Assembly: GCA_951406725.2 (NCBI GenBank)
Contig: OX597825.1
Location: 8,494,001-8,558,000 of the forward strand
Direction: 5' to 3'
DNA: 64,000 bases
DNA from: Octopus vulgaris
Taxonomy: Eukaryota
How positions within the stretch are numbered: the stretch's first letter is position 1; the number at the start of each line of letters is the position of its first letter. The position numbers were made by a program, and so were the translations under genes. The notes under the pieces are model-generated. The model was not told the DNA's origin and made no database searches. It saw only the letters and a list, made by a program, of their open reading frames with translations. Below are positions 27,720 to 39,538 of this stretch, piece after piece.

Positions 27720-28199
27720 ATATTACATTTCTAAATATCTCAGAGAGATATATGCAGTAGTGGTACGATGGGAGTAGTTGTATACTGTCAACTTAATGTG
27801 ACAGTCCCATGAAGGGAGTCACACTACTGCTATTTAGCCCTAGGAAGCATCAACGCTTCCTGTCGGCCTTGACACATTTATTGTGTCCTTATGTTTACAA
27901 GGGGGAGATAAGCACCTCCACCCAGCTAAGCCTGCACTCAGAGACTAGTTTCTGATTCTTTGCTCGTCATCAGTCTGGTGTAGCATGGCCTGCTAGTTGG
28001 AGATGTCCATCTAGCCCTTGTAAACATATAAGGATTTTAGTGAAATAAATCCACTGATTACAGAAATAGGAATATTACGTTTCTAAATATCTCAGAGAGA
28101 TATAAGCAGTAGTGGTACGATATGTCAACTTAATACGACAGTCACAGGGAAGGGACTGTCATGGGATTGTCACATTAAGTTGACAGTATATAAATACTC
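27719..28199 (-). mobile_element. Retrozyme-like / non-autonomous Penelope-dependent element: 352-nt unit plus partial tandem copy and inverted terminal piece
   Basis: aatattac.tttctaaatatctcagagagatat recurs at 27719 and 28071. 28160-28199 is the reverse complement of 27772-27811. Contains a hammerhead and is flanked by (TA)n and (CT)n(TA)n. Confidence 0.65.
27939..27977 (-). ncRNA. Type I hammerhead ribozyme motif
   Basis: Reverse strand: CAGA-CUGAUGA-cgagcaaagaauca-GAAA-CUAG-UC/UCUG. Stem I CAGA/UCUG, palindromic stem III, GUC site; stem II is weak. Confidence 0.75.
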
Positions 28200-28210
28200 T
28201 CTCTCTCTCT

Positions 28211-28254
<44 letters not shown>

Positions 28255-28257
<3 letters not shown>

Positions 28258-28430
28258 CCAAACAAGAAAACACAAACAACACAACGCGAGGACGTGGAAC
28301 AAATATAGTATTATTGGACGCTCAGAAAGAAGGAAAGAAGGAGGGTTTAACGTTTCGAGCTGCGCTCTTCGTCGGAAACATAGGAGAAGGAAAGATCCAG
28401 AGAAGGGAAGACAGAGGAAAAAAAATCGCC
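28255..28430 (-). mobile_element. Small (TA)n-embedded Penelope-like terminus with a minimal hammerhead
   Basis: Flanked by (TA)n, carries the motif at 28345-28379, and is related to 8953-9125. Confidence 0.6.
28345..28379 (-). ncRNA. Minimal type I hammerhead ribozyme motif (U4C variant)
   Basis: Reverse strand: GUUU-CCGACGA-a-GAGC gca GCUC-GAAA-CG-UU/AAAC. Confidence 0.65.
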
Positions 28431-28437
28431 TTAAGCA

Positions 28438-28485
<48 letters not shown>

Positions 28486-29619
28486 TGCTTTACTGTTTGT
28501 TAGTTTCCCTTATACATTTCCCATGGACTCCAATAGTTTTCGAAGTACGGTAAACAATATATTGGTGGATGACAGTGGTGTTTATACGGTGAACGTTGAT
28601 AAGCGTGATTACGCCGATAACAGTATTGTGAAATAAATCTAAAAACAGCAATCGAGTCAGAAAGAAAGAACCGATAAAACAACGAGTAATTTTTACTCAG
28701 TATTTAATTTTTATCAAGCTAAAACAATGCCGTTTCCATTGTTGAGAGTAAAAGGAACACGCAGATTAATTGGGACTTTAAACGACAGCCAATGATAATA
28801 CAATCGCATCCTCTATTTTATATGTGTACATATATACATTATTATAGTAATTTTATAATATATATTATATAGCGGAAGGCTGGTGATCGATATGTGTTTA
28901 TATCTGTCACATTTCTATAGAGCTTTATCTAATTTCATTTATTAATTTGAGTATTCATCTTCACTAAATCGAAGCTTAAAACTGTCAGAGGCATAATTGA
29001 AGTTGTTTGTTGTTCGTAACAATGATTTGATGGTAGGACTGAAGTCATTTTTAGAAGACATTCGGTTTCGCAAGAGAACAAAGAACTGGATGAATATATC
29101 TGAACCGGTGTATGCGTGTGGTGGTGCGTGTGTGTGTTCTACTCATTTTCGATATGTTTAAGTGCCCCGTGAACTGAAGAAATTTTTGGACATTTGCTGC
29201 GCATTTTATGCTTATTAAAGCACGATTGATCTCAAGTTTCTCGAAGTAGAGATAATTTAACAAGAATTTCTCTTGTACGGAATTTAATGTACCTTTATTG
29301 ATCTTTGGTGTCCAAATTCATGCCACAGGCCAGCCTGTGTTATTTCTGTTCGTTCGTTTTCTTTTCATGTGTTTTTCTGTGTGTAAGTGCGTTGTTTTTG
29401 CGTGTACGCTTTATGGAGGATCAGATTATGTTAGCTTCACACAAATTTCTGACTCTCTACACTCTCTCTCTCTCTCTCAATAGTCAAATAGAACTGGTGA
29501 TTAAAGGGAGACTCAAGATGAGAATACTACTTGGGGAAGACCAGAGAAAAGGAAGAAAAATATATGGCCATGTGCTAAAGAAAAGGAATGGATGACATAG
29601 TGATAACTCATAGACAAAG

Positions 29620-30021
29620 TAATTCCATTTTCCCTGCCATTTCACCTGTCGTTTGACATGAATTTCGGTGCAAAATTTGGTTTAATCACTCTTCATCGAA
29701 CTCAACTGGACGGCCAGAACGAGGTGCGTCTTTGAGGTCAAAATTTACATTTTTGAACTTGGCATACCAATCACGAGCGTTTCCTTCAGCTATGGCACCC
29801 TCTCCATATACAGCACAGATGCCCCGAGCAACTTTGCGCCTTCAGAAGATTGATTAAAAGCAAAATGATTGAGGTGTCAAAAATGCTCGTTCTTCTTAAC
29901 TTGACATTCCATTTTAATGATCTGAAAATATACATAAATTAATTAAAATTAACTCGAGAAAAAAAGAGCAAAATAGATTCCAAAATTAAAAAAAAACAGC
30001 GGTTAATTAATTGCCAACCCA

Positions 30022-30024
<3 letters not shown>
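29620..30024 (-). mobile_element. Mariner transposon 5' fragment (TIR + N-terminal transposase pseudogene)
   Basis: TIR-like tattgggttggcaattaa at about 30024. Translation MECQVKKNEHF...ICAVYGEGAIAE..ARDWYAKFK...FDLKDAPRSGRPVEFDEE. Confidence 0.88.
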
Positions 30025-30082
<58 letters not shown>

Positions 30083-30102
30083 TAATAATAATAATAATAA
30101 TG

Positions 30103-30133
<31 letters not shown>

Positions 30134-30141
30134 TAATAATG

Positions 30142-30181
<40 letters not shown>

Positions 30182-30189
30182 TAATAATG

Positions 30190-30256
<67 letters not shown>

Positions 30257-30264
30257 TAATAATG

Positions 30265-30340
<76 letters not shown>
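30025..30340. repeat. (TAA)n microsatellite with TGA interruptions
   Basis: Directly visible. Confidence 0.97.
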
Positions 30341-30522
30341 CTACAGCAACATTGAAAAATACCTTAGGAATGAGAACCCAGGTTTGAAATCTCCCCAAGA
30401 CACCTGATGAAGGCTGGATGTTGTATAAGCTGAAACGTTGTGTTAACAACAAACAAGAAGAGGACGAATATCTGTCAAATGTAAATAATGTACCTATTTC
30501 CTCATCTATTAGATATAGAACA
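30341..30522 (+). mobile_element. Penelope-like terminal-repeat fragment
   Basis: Carries the hammerhead at 30399-30444. The downstream sequence matches 39185-39235 and 39460-39505, which lead into a PLE-like ORF start. Confidence 0.7.
30399..30444 (+). ncRNA. Minimal type I hammerhead ribozyme motif
   Basis: GACAC-CUGAUGA-a-GGCU...AGCU-GAAA-CG-UU/GUGUU. Confidence 0.78.
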
Positions 30523-30945
30523 GCTTCAGTTACAGTTTTGTATACGGACAAATTTCAGAGACGCAGAGACATTATATATGGAGACATTTTTAGCGCACTG
30601 AATTATTAACGTATTGCTGAAGTTGCAAGTTTTCCTACTCTGAGAGACTTCAGTGCAGCTGTAAGTAAAACACTTGGAGATACGATTAATTTTTCTTTGT
30701 GAAATGTGAAGAAATGTTCTTAAAAGATATTTTTCATTCTGACGTTAAGCTGATAATAATGCACCAGGTGTCAAACTCATGTGCTGACAACGATAACTGC
30801 TTGCACTGTCAAAGCAACAGAAATAGTCTGATTAATTTACAGTGTTTCAATGAATCATATCTAAATTTGTCAAGCGACAATCATTTTTTTTTTCATATGG
30901 AAAAGGCATTCTTAACAGTTAGGGCCGGAAGTAATTTTAAAATAT

Positions 30946-31254
30946 CACCGTGATCACCGTGACCAACCAAACTATCAGTTGTTGCTACACATCGCTGGTC
31001 ACAATGCGCTTTGCATTGTTTTAGCCTCCAAATGACGCCACCCCGCTGGCTAAGCGAGCAAGCCAACAGAAGAAAGTATGAGAGAAAGTTGTGGCGAAAG
31101 AGTACAGCAGGGACCGCCACCAACCCCTGCCGGAGACTCGTGGAGGTTTAGGTGTTTTCGCTCAATAAACACACACAACGCCCGGTCTGGGAATCGAAAC
31201 CGTGATCCTACGACCGCGAGTCCGCTGCCCTAACCACTGGGCCATTGCGCCTCC
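30946..31254 (-). mobile_element. Full-length tRNA-derived SINE (family C) with 12-bp target-site duplication
   Basis: Head ggaggcgcaatggcccagtggttagggc...ggtttcgattcc; 3' tandem cacggtgat; TSD attttaaaatat at 30934-30945 and 31255-31266. Confidence 0.93.
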
Positions 31255-31585
31255 ATTTTAAAATATGAAGGGGACAAATATTCACACAGATCATGTCTTC
31301 GAAAACATGTAACATCTAACTTGCTGAAGTGAAATAATATGATACATTTATTTACGGTCAAATTTAATATTACTGATGTACAAATTGCTAGTCTTTTCCA
31401 TTATACACCAAGAGACAAGTACCAACAACCTTAAAAGTTGTACTCATGTACATGTAGAAATATGTTCAGATTAATTCTACCAGCATAGCATAGCTAATCA
31501 CTGACTGTCTGTGGTCTGTCCGTATCGAAGAAATATAATTGGACTTATTGCAGCTCTGTTTATCCTGTATTTACAAACATTATAT

Positions 31586-31641
<56 letters not shown>

Positions 31642-31647
31642 ATGTAC

Positions 31648-31693
<46 letters not shown>

Positions 31694-31766
31694 GTATATA
31701 TACATACATACACATATATATATATGTATATATAAATAAGAAAAAAGCAACAAGAATGGATCAATA

Positions 31767-31855
31767 TTTCGGTACAATTGTTTCGTACGAAGACAGCTTT
31801 ATTAAGGCTGCAAATATTGCAGTAAATATAAGTGGCCCGTACTCATCAACCGAAA
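31767..31855 (-). ncRNA. Type I hammerhead motif, C3U-mutated copy
   Basis: Same as 32317-32405 except the core reads UUGAUGA (base at 31849). Confidence 0.7.
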
Positions 31856-32316
31856 AAACATCTGAGTTCTCCAAACATCTAAGGGTGTGATGTTACACAC
31901 TTGAAATATTGGTGATAGTTCTATAAAAATAAGAATTAGGTAACAAATGGACTTCTGAAAGTTTGAAGAAATTCTCAGAAAGGTAACCAATATATCAACA
32001 CACATCAGGAAACGCACTTTATTATGGACTAATTATGGATAAATGCATATTCTGTGAATATGATACTTCTCCTCATATCTCCAGAATTCAAACTTTCTTC
32101 AATATGGATGGATTTACATTTTCAATTTCAGTTTCATTTTCTGGAAAACTAAGAGGTTTTTTAAAATAGTTTTTTAAAACCCGTTATATGACTGTGCAAC
32201 ACTAAAAGAACTTTCAGAAATCCATTTGTTACCTAATTCTTATTTTTATAGAACTATCACCAATGTTTCAAGAGTGTAACATCACCCCCTTAGATGTTTG
32301 GAGAACTCAGATGTTT

Positions 32317-32405
32317 TTTCGGCTGATGAGTACGGGTCACTTATATTTACTGCAATATTTGCAGCCTTAACAAAGCTGTCTTCGTACGAAACAATTGTAC
32401 CGAAA
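32317..32405 (+). ncRNA. Type I hammerhead ribozyme with extended stem II
   Basis: UUUCGG-CUGAUGA-GUACG...(~48 nt)...CGUAC-GAAA-CAAUUG-UA/CCGAAA: canonical core, 6-bp stem I, palindromic stem III, GUA site. Confidence 0.88.
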
Positions 32406-32552
32406 TATTGATCCATTCTTGTTGCTTTTTTCTTACTTATAATCACCCCGCATTATCTAATGGTTAACACCATATAGATTTCTGGTGCATCTATGTTAAG
32501 TACCGCATTCATGTGAATTCAACAGAACTCACTTGAATCTTAATTGCTTTTA

Positions 32553-32602
<50 letters not shown>

Positions 32603-33026
32603 ATATATGTATATATATATATTATCAAATGCGCTGTATTTTTAAAGGCAGATATGTGAACGTGTGTGTTATCTAGCGAGTCTGGCTAGTCAGCTGATTG
32701 CATAGAGGGTATGGTAGGGTGCATTGCACTTTATCTAATGAAGGGATATAATAGGTAGGTATACTATAGTTCGAGAAGGTTAATATTTCTGGAGTCTTTT
32801 ATAGGTTATTGATCATTAAAAGTAGTGTTTGATCTCAGTAAGATAATCGCTAATGCTGACACACTGAAGCACATTATATGACTCGATATGTTTATCTTCA
32901 TGTGATATTTATTCAGTATTTTATATGCATTCTGATGTGCAAACCTTCTATCATGTGCCACGCTGATACCTACACACGTAAAACACCAGGAAAGTAAATA
33001 TATTTTTTAAAGTCAATAAACTGCGT

Positions 33027-33166
33027 AGACGCAGGAATGGCTGTGTGGTAAGTAGCTTGCTAAATAACCACATGGTTCCGGGTTCAGTCCCACTGCGTGG
33101 CATCTTGGGCCGACCAATGCCTTGTGGGTGGATTTGGTAGACGGAAACTGAAAGAAGCCTGCCGTA

Positions 33167-33252
<86 letters not shown>

Positions 33253-33449
33253 TGTGTCTGTGTTTGTCCCCCTAGCATTGCTTGACAACCGACGCTGGTG
33301 TGTTTAGGGCACTTAGCGGTTCGGCAAAAGAGACCGATAGAATAAGTACTGGGCTTACAAGTCCCGGCGTCGATTTGCTCGACTAAAGGCGGTGCTCCAG
33401 CATGGCCGCAGTCAAATGACTGAAACAAATAAAAGAGTAAAAGAGTAAA
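33027..33449 (+). mobile_element. Full-length SINE family A (small internal deletions)
   Basis: Head gacgcaggaatggctgtgtggtaag, gggttcagtccc, internal (TA)n(TG)n, tail taaaagagtaaaagag. Confidence 0.92.
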
Positions 33450-34494
33450 CCTTATGTATTGATTAGATTCCCTCCTGGTACTCAAAAGCTGATATATTCA
33501 TAGAAGCTAGAGAAACTGATATGATTTGGGTTTTTTTGTCTTGAACATCTCTACTTAGAAGAAATGAATACATCTCAAAATTACACATAAATAACGAGGA
33601 ACTATCCGCGATGCGTGTTCGTCGTCGAAGACTATGAAATTCTTAATCACTGACATGTTTGCTACAAAATACAATCGGAAAACTTTGATTGCATAAACAT
33701 AATACCATTGAACATTTAGCATCTCACGTTTAGGTAAATGGCGTAGCCGTACAAAAGATTTTGTGCTTGACAATTAAATAAAAAATACCCAGACTATCAC
33801 ACGCATCTAATTAATTGCGAATAAACAACTAAATTGACAAATAAATATACAAAATTGAAATGTTAAGGTTAACCATTTTTCATTATAGAATAATTCAAGT
33901 ACTCTACATGCTGGTATTATTATTTTTCTCTCCATTATAATATTTTTTATGACAAAAAGTAAAATAGAACAGTTGAAAGTGAAGAATAACAAAGAAATAG
34001 CAATACAGATATCTTGTGGAGAATCTAATGAATATATTTAATAGTTTTTAATTACGTTTTCAAGTTATTGAAAAGAAGTAAAACTACATTTCGTAAATAG
34101 TATTTACTGTTACGTTAACTCTCCTACATTAATATTGCTATATTCATATTAATCTGATATCTTCATTTAAATCGTAACAGAATAATTTTTAAGAAATAAA
34201 AATCAATGATACGAGCTGTGATATAGAAAATTTTCATAAATAATCATTGTATGAAAGAAACCACTATTGTGTAATTTCGATAATTTAGAATGCACGAGAT
34301 GAACCTATTCACGATTTAGATAATAATCGAATCTGAGACAATTTGGTCATTAATTCCTTCCTATGTTTCTAAGAGCGTAAATCGTTTGCTTAGCGGCTCA
34401 TTGTGAGAAAATATTTCGCAGAGAAAACAATAACTCACTCTTTGAGTGGGCCGTGATGTTCACTTCCTGATGTGAATAACTTTGCCAGGTAGTG

Positions 34495-34578
34495 ATATAT
34501 ATATATATATATAATGTATGTATATATGTATGTATGTATATGTATGTATATATATATATACATATACATATATACATA

Positions 34579-34649
<71 letters not shown>

Positions 34650-34680
34650 TATATATATGTATGTATACATATACATATAC
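34495..34680. repeat. (TA)n/(TATG)n compound microsatellite
   Basis: Directly visible. Confidence 0.95.
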
Positions 34681-35056
34681 GCTAATATCGAAGTGAGGAG
34701 ACGACTCAGCATAACATTGGTGAATAAATATTCCAGAGTTCACGAGATTTTGGAATAAACAAATAAATATTATTATGCATTCATTAACATTCATGAATTC
34801 ATAAATATACACACGTCTATGCAACCATGCATAATATAAGCACATATATGCATTGGCTCACAGACCAGCACCCGGATTACGCATTCTGCTAATACGCACT
34901 CAATATTTCCTGTTTGCACGGTCAATCTCGTGTGGTTTTGTTGTGTTTTATTCCAAGATGAAGACGAGCAACAAAGTTCCACTTGGAAGGCTTGATAATT
35001 GCTGATGTTTGTAAAGGCATAAAACAAATGGTAGTCTTCTTAAGCCCTTCCTATCG

Positions 35057-35088
<32 letters not shown>

Positions 35089-35140
35089 GTGTGTGTTTAT
35101 GTGTATACATACATAGATACATACATACATATACATACAT

Positions 35141-35225
<85 letters not shown>

Positions 35226-36569
35226 TAATAAGCTAATGCACTGAACTATTGTTTTCCCTTGTCATTGTTTATACACGCGGTTCTACAATTCTGAAGCCAT
35301 CGTAAAATATGCCCAACTTAAATTATCTGCTGTTTTTAAAGAATAGTTTATGTGGAAACGTGTTATTTGATATGTATAAGGAGATTAACATAAGAATTAA
35401 GGAATATATATTTGTAATTTTAGTACATCGCGAGGCTATACGCAATAATTTTCTTTTGTGTTTTAATCTCCTGCCTTCTTCAGTGAATATCTTCAAAAAG
35501 CATCCAACTGATAAACTCATACATCATTACATGTGATATGGTAATATTCAGATCAAAATTAAACCATTCAATCTATAAACAGTGGACAATTTTCTCGACT
35601 ACTGCAATCCTTCAATGCTGCATAGTTCAAATATCTAGGAGTTAAATAGGAAATGGAGGACTAATTACCACGAGAAATGCAGTGGGAGACGTTAAGGAGT
35701 TGGATCCACCAATTTGTATCAGGTAATCAATTCTCACAACTGGAATCAAATATAAGTCATATCACTTCCACATAAAAGTAATTTTCGGAATAAATTCAGT
35801 CGGTTCTGTCATCCATCTAAAAGTCTCCTGTGAAATTAATTCTGTATAAACACCACCAGTTGGTTTATTAGATTGACAGACAGTCATTACTGATAAATAT
35901 AGGAAGACATGTCATTATTGATTGCTTTCCATTAATATTAGCAGCAAGATAATATGTTTGCAATTTATTGATATCATACCGTGAATTGTTAGGATAAAAT
36001 AAATTACAGCAAATCTATTATAGAAGCAATATCCTGGTATTATGATTTGATAGATATAAATCATGGCAACTTATCATCTTCATCAAATTGCAATATCATT
36101 TATAGAAGACAGAAATATGGACTTTAACTCAGATGTAAGTGTATGCATATGTATACTAAATATTAGCAAATACGTATTAACTAAAGCCGCATGAAGCTTC
36201 TACTAATTAACTGGTATGGAATTAGAATAATACTGTTATTCATATTGTTGAGTGGCATAATATGCAGTATTACACAATAATTGACAAAATGTTAGTTTAT
36301 CTTTCCTTCCATCTCTAGATGGATTGAATCACTTTTTAAATCCGTTTTCCATCGAAATACGCGCGTCCGCACACATATGTGTATAATCAATCTTACCGGA
36401 GTGTATATATGCTTTACACGTTCCCTTTATTTTGTATATGCTAGTATAGATGCAGGAAGATTTTGCGGAATAGGTCATACTTATAATGCAGAATAATGTT
36501 CTGGCGTTTATGCTGCAGGTTTTAATTGCCTTCTAAACTGAGGCTGACGTTTACGTGTGGTGGATTCGG

Positions 36570-36787
36570 GTTATGTCTGTGTCTGTCCCTTAACATCACT
36601 TGGAAACCAGTGTTAGTGTGTTTACATCCCCGTGCATTAGCTAGCCATTAAAGATACCAAGAAAATAAGTACCAGGTTTAAAAAATAAGTATTGAGGTCC
36701 ATTTGTTCGACTGAAATTCTTCAGAGTTATGCCCCAGCATGGCAACAGTCTACTGACTGAAACAAGTAAAAGATTAAAGGGAAAAGA
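36570..36787 (+). mobile_element. Degenerate SINE family A 3' half
   Basis: gtgtttacatccccgt...aataagtaccagg...ccagcatggc...tgactgaaacaagtaaaaga. Confidence 0.7.
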
Positions 36788-37245
36788 TATTGTAAATTCC
36801 AAATCACACCCCTATGAGAGGGAAGGCTGTGTAAGGTGGGGTGCTATGATGGTTTAGATTGTGGTTCCATTGTGGCTTCAATAAGCGAAGCAGATTAAAA
36901 ACGTAACGTGAACTGCATTTCAGGTGTTGGTTAAAGATGGAGTGAATTGGAAACTGAATTTGTAGTGTAGACTGGTATAGTTTGGGAATATTATACGAGT
37001 GTCTTCTGGAGTAAATATCCTGTACCGGGAGAAATGGTTCGAAAGGGGACAATCTTCGGACAAGTGTGGAAACTAATTTCTCATTTCTTATGCATGAGGG
37101 AGCTCAATAATGTCATTGAACCCCCCAACTTCCCTTTTTCTCTTATTTGTAATTCCTGTCTTCACTGCTCAATAAAAAGATATTGTTTTCCTTTGTTTTT
37201 CCGCTCACATTAGACCAATATATCACATTTACCTATGAAGCAGGG

Positions 37246-37279
37246 CTAGACGGAAATTGAAAACAGCCCGTCGTATGTG

Positions 37280-37337
<58 letters not shown>

Positions 37338-37452
37338 ATATACATGTATATATATATATATATATACATACATATATATACACATATATATATATATATA
37401 TACACACACATATATATATATATATATATTTATACACACACACACACACACA

Positions 37453-37520
<68 letters not shown>

Positions 37521-37739
37521 TTATAGATGCTTGTGTATTGGCCTTTCTCACCCCACCATAACTTGACGCCCGGTGTTGTTATGTTTAAGTCCCCGTAACT
37601 TAGCGATTCGGCAAAAGAGACCGATAGTGTGAGTACTAGGCTTACAAAGAATAAGTCCTGCGATCGATTTGTTCGATTACAGCGCGTGCTCCAGCATGGC
37701 ACACAGACAAATGACAGAAACAAAAGCATAAAAGAATAA
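37246..37739 (+). mobile_element. 5'-truncated SINE family A with expanded internal microsatellite
   Basis: agacggaaattgaa..gcccgtcgta, a long (TA)/(CA) tract, then ccccgtaacttagcgattcggcaaaagagaccgatag and the tail. Confidence 0.8.
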
Positions 37740-37863
37740 ACTACCAACCATTTTTGTGGTGGGGGCAGATATATGTGTGTATGGAGAAAGACACAGAGTG
37801 GGTACAAATATATATATACGTATAAAAATATATAGATGTAGTAATTCATCCATTGTTATATGT

Positions 37864-37899
<36 letters not shown>

Positions 37900-37923
37900 T
37901 GTTAGAGAGATAGAGATAAACAG

Positions 37924-37972
<49 letters not shown>

Positions 37973-38455
37973 TGAATAGATAGATATATAGATATACAGA
38001 AACGTGTAATTACAACTAAACATACATAAAAGTATACATACAAATAACCATATTATCAGCATATATACAGGCATATAAATAGACAAGTATACATACATAC
38101 TAACACACAAAGTTGGCGACTAGAAAATAGACAATAAGGTTTGGATTCTAGTCAAATGTGTTCACAGGTAATTAGCTGACGGAGTATTGCATCGGTCGTA
38201 GGTGACCAGATTGCTCCATAAACAAAAGTACATTCCTTTATAATCAAAAGTGCATTCTTCAGTTAAGTGATTTTTAGTTACTTAATTATATTCCTCTCTC
38301 ATAATATAAAGCACACTGTATTCCACTTATGAACTCTGCGTATATCTTCTTCCATGTTTCCCTCGTCTCAAACATTAACAGCAACAATTGCTATGTCTTT
38401 ACCTTCTTATGTGTAATTGGTCTGTTCAAAACAGACATAATCTAGGTGTCTGTAC

Positions 38456-38501
<46 letters not shown>

Positions 38502-39184
38502 TACACACATACATGCATACATACATACATACATACATACACACACACATACATGCATACATACATACATACATACATGCATACATACATACACACAGCA
38601 AATGAAAGCCAAAAGATGGAATGCATGATAGTTTATTATTAATCACGACAATTGTTTCGTCACATCTATGCAATATCGATGTGTGTTATGCAAAGCACCA
38701 ACCATAAACCAAGTAATTAAGAACTCTTTAAACAAATTTAAAGATAGACTAGAATCTCAATGAAGTTAGACAAAGGAGCAACGATCACATAAGATATTCA
38801 CATGTAGCAAAACATACAACGCATTCTTCAGCTGTCACATGGATATCATGACACTTTCGATACCGGGATATATACACTGATGCATAAACGTGTGTACAAG
38901 CTCATAAGTGCTATACGTAGTTCACAAAAAACAACAAAAAATTAATAATGGTCGAATGAAATTCAATAGTTTCTGGAATCTGAAAAACGATTCCAAACAT
39001 TTCCTCCTAGATTCACTTCACTAGAAGGCAAATTTTGAACTCGTATGGATCTTTAATTATCGTCAAGCTAGGAGCTGCATCAGACTTTTTAAGAAATGGT
39101 TGGCTATTAAATAAAAGTCGTCTACTCACTTGGTAATTTCGTAATCAATGGTATCGTGTAGAGAGTATAAAGATATAGCATGTA

Positions 39185-39538
39185 TTTTATTTACGTTATT
39201 TACATTTGACGTATATTTGTCCTCATCTTGGTTATAATGGATCCTCTCACGGACGAGGTCATGTCCTACCATTTCCGCTACTCTTCTAGCTTTATATAAA
39301 TCCACTGGTGTCATTGTATTCTAGCCAGGTGGTACTAACTTTGAGTCTTTGCATCTACACAGGAAAGTTAGGTGGTTTGAAAGATGAACTAGTTTTCGAT
39401 GGAGTTTCTCTATATGTCTCCATTGAAGTCTAATGTCGGTTCTGTACCAATTAGATAATACAGTTCTGTATTTAAGAGATAAGGAATTATGTACATTATT
39501 ATTTACATAATTCCTCATCTCTTAAATATACAACTGTA
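39185..39538 (-). mobile_element. Penelope-like element fragment (terminal repeat + ORF N-terminus) with short terminal inversion
   Basis: ORF 39321-39518 KLVHLSNHLTFLCRCKDSKLVPPG resembles PLE N-termini (H..FL..C....P.G). Shares sequence with 30451-30520. 39505-39538 is an inverted copy of about 39460-39495. Confidence 0.65.

Larger units (their letters stand above)
31731..32441. mobile_element. Penelope-like element remnant with ~233-bp inverted terminal repeats (31731-31963 / 32209-32441)
   Basis: The arms are reverse complements with few mismatches and each holds a hammerhead. The left arm abuts a TA-rich microsatellite. Confidence 0.8.

Noticed and set aside
29490-29600. RTE-like LINE 3' remnants (YGHVLKKR; weaker hints near 3900-4200 and 52270-52480)
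   Set aside because: Too short and decayed to support a call without alignment.
31180-31254. tRNA gene (also other SINE heads)
   Set aside because: The tRNA-like A/B boxes continue into a SINE body with a tail and TSD, and there is no complete cloverleaf.
36804-37052. 82-aa ORF with faint resemblance to a PLE thumb region
   Set aside because: No diagnostic motif, so it is left unassigned.
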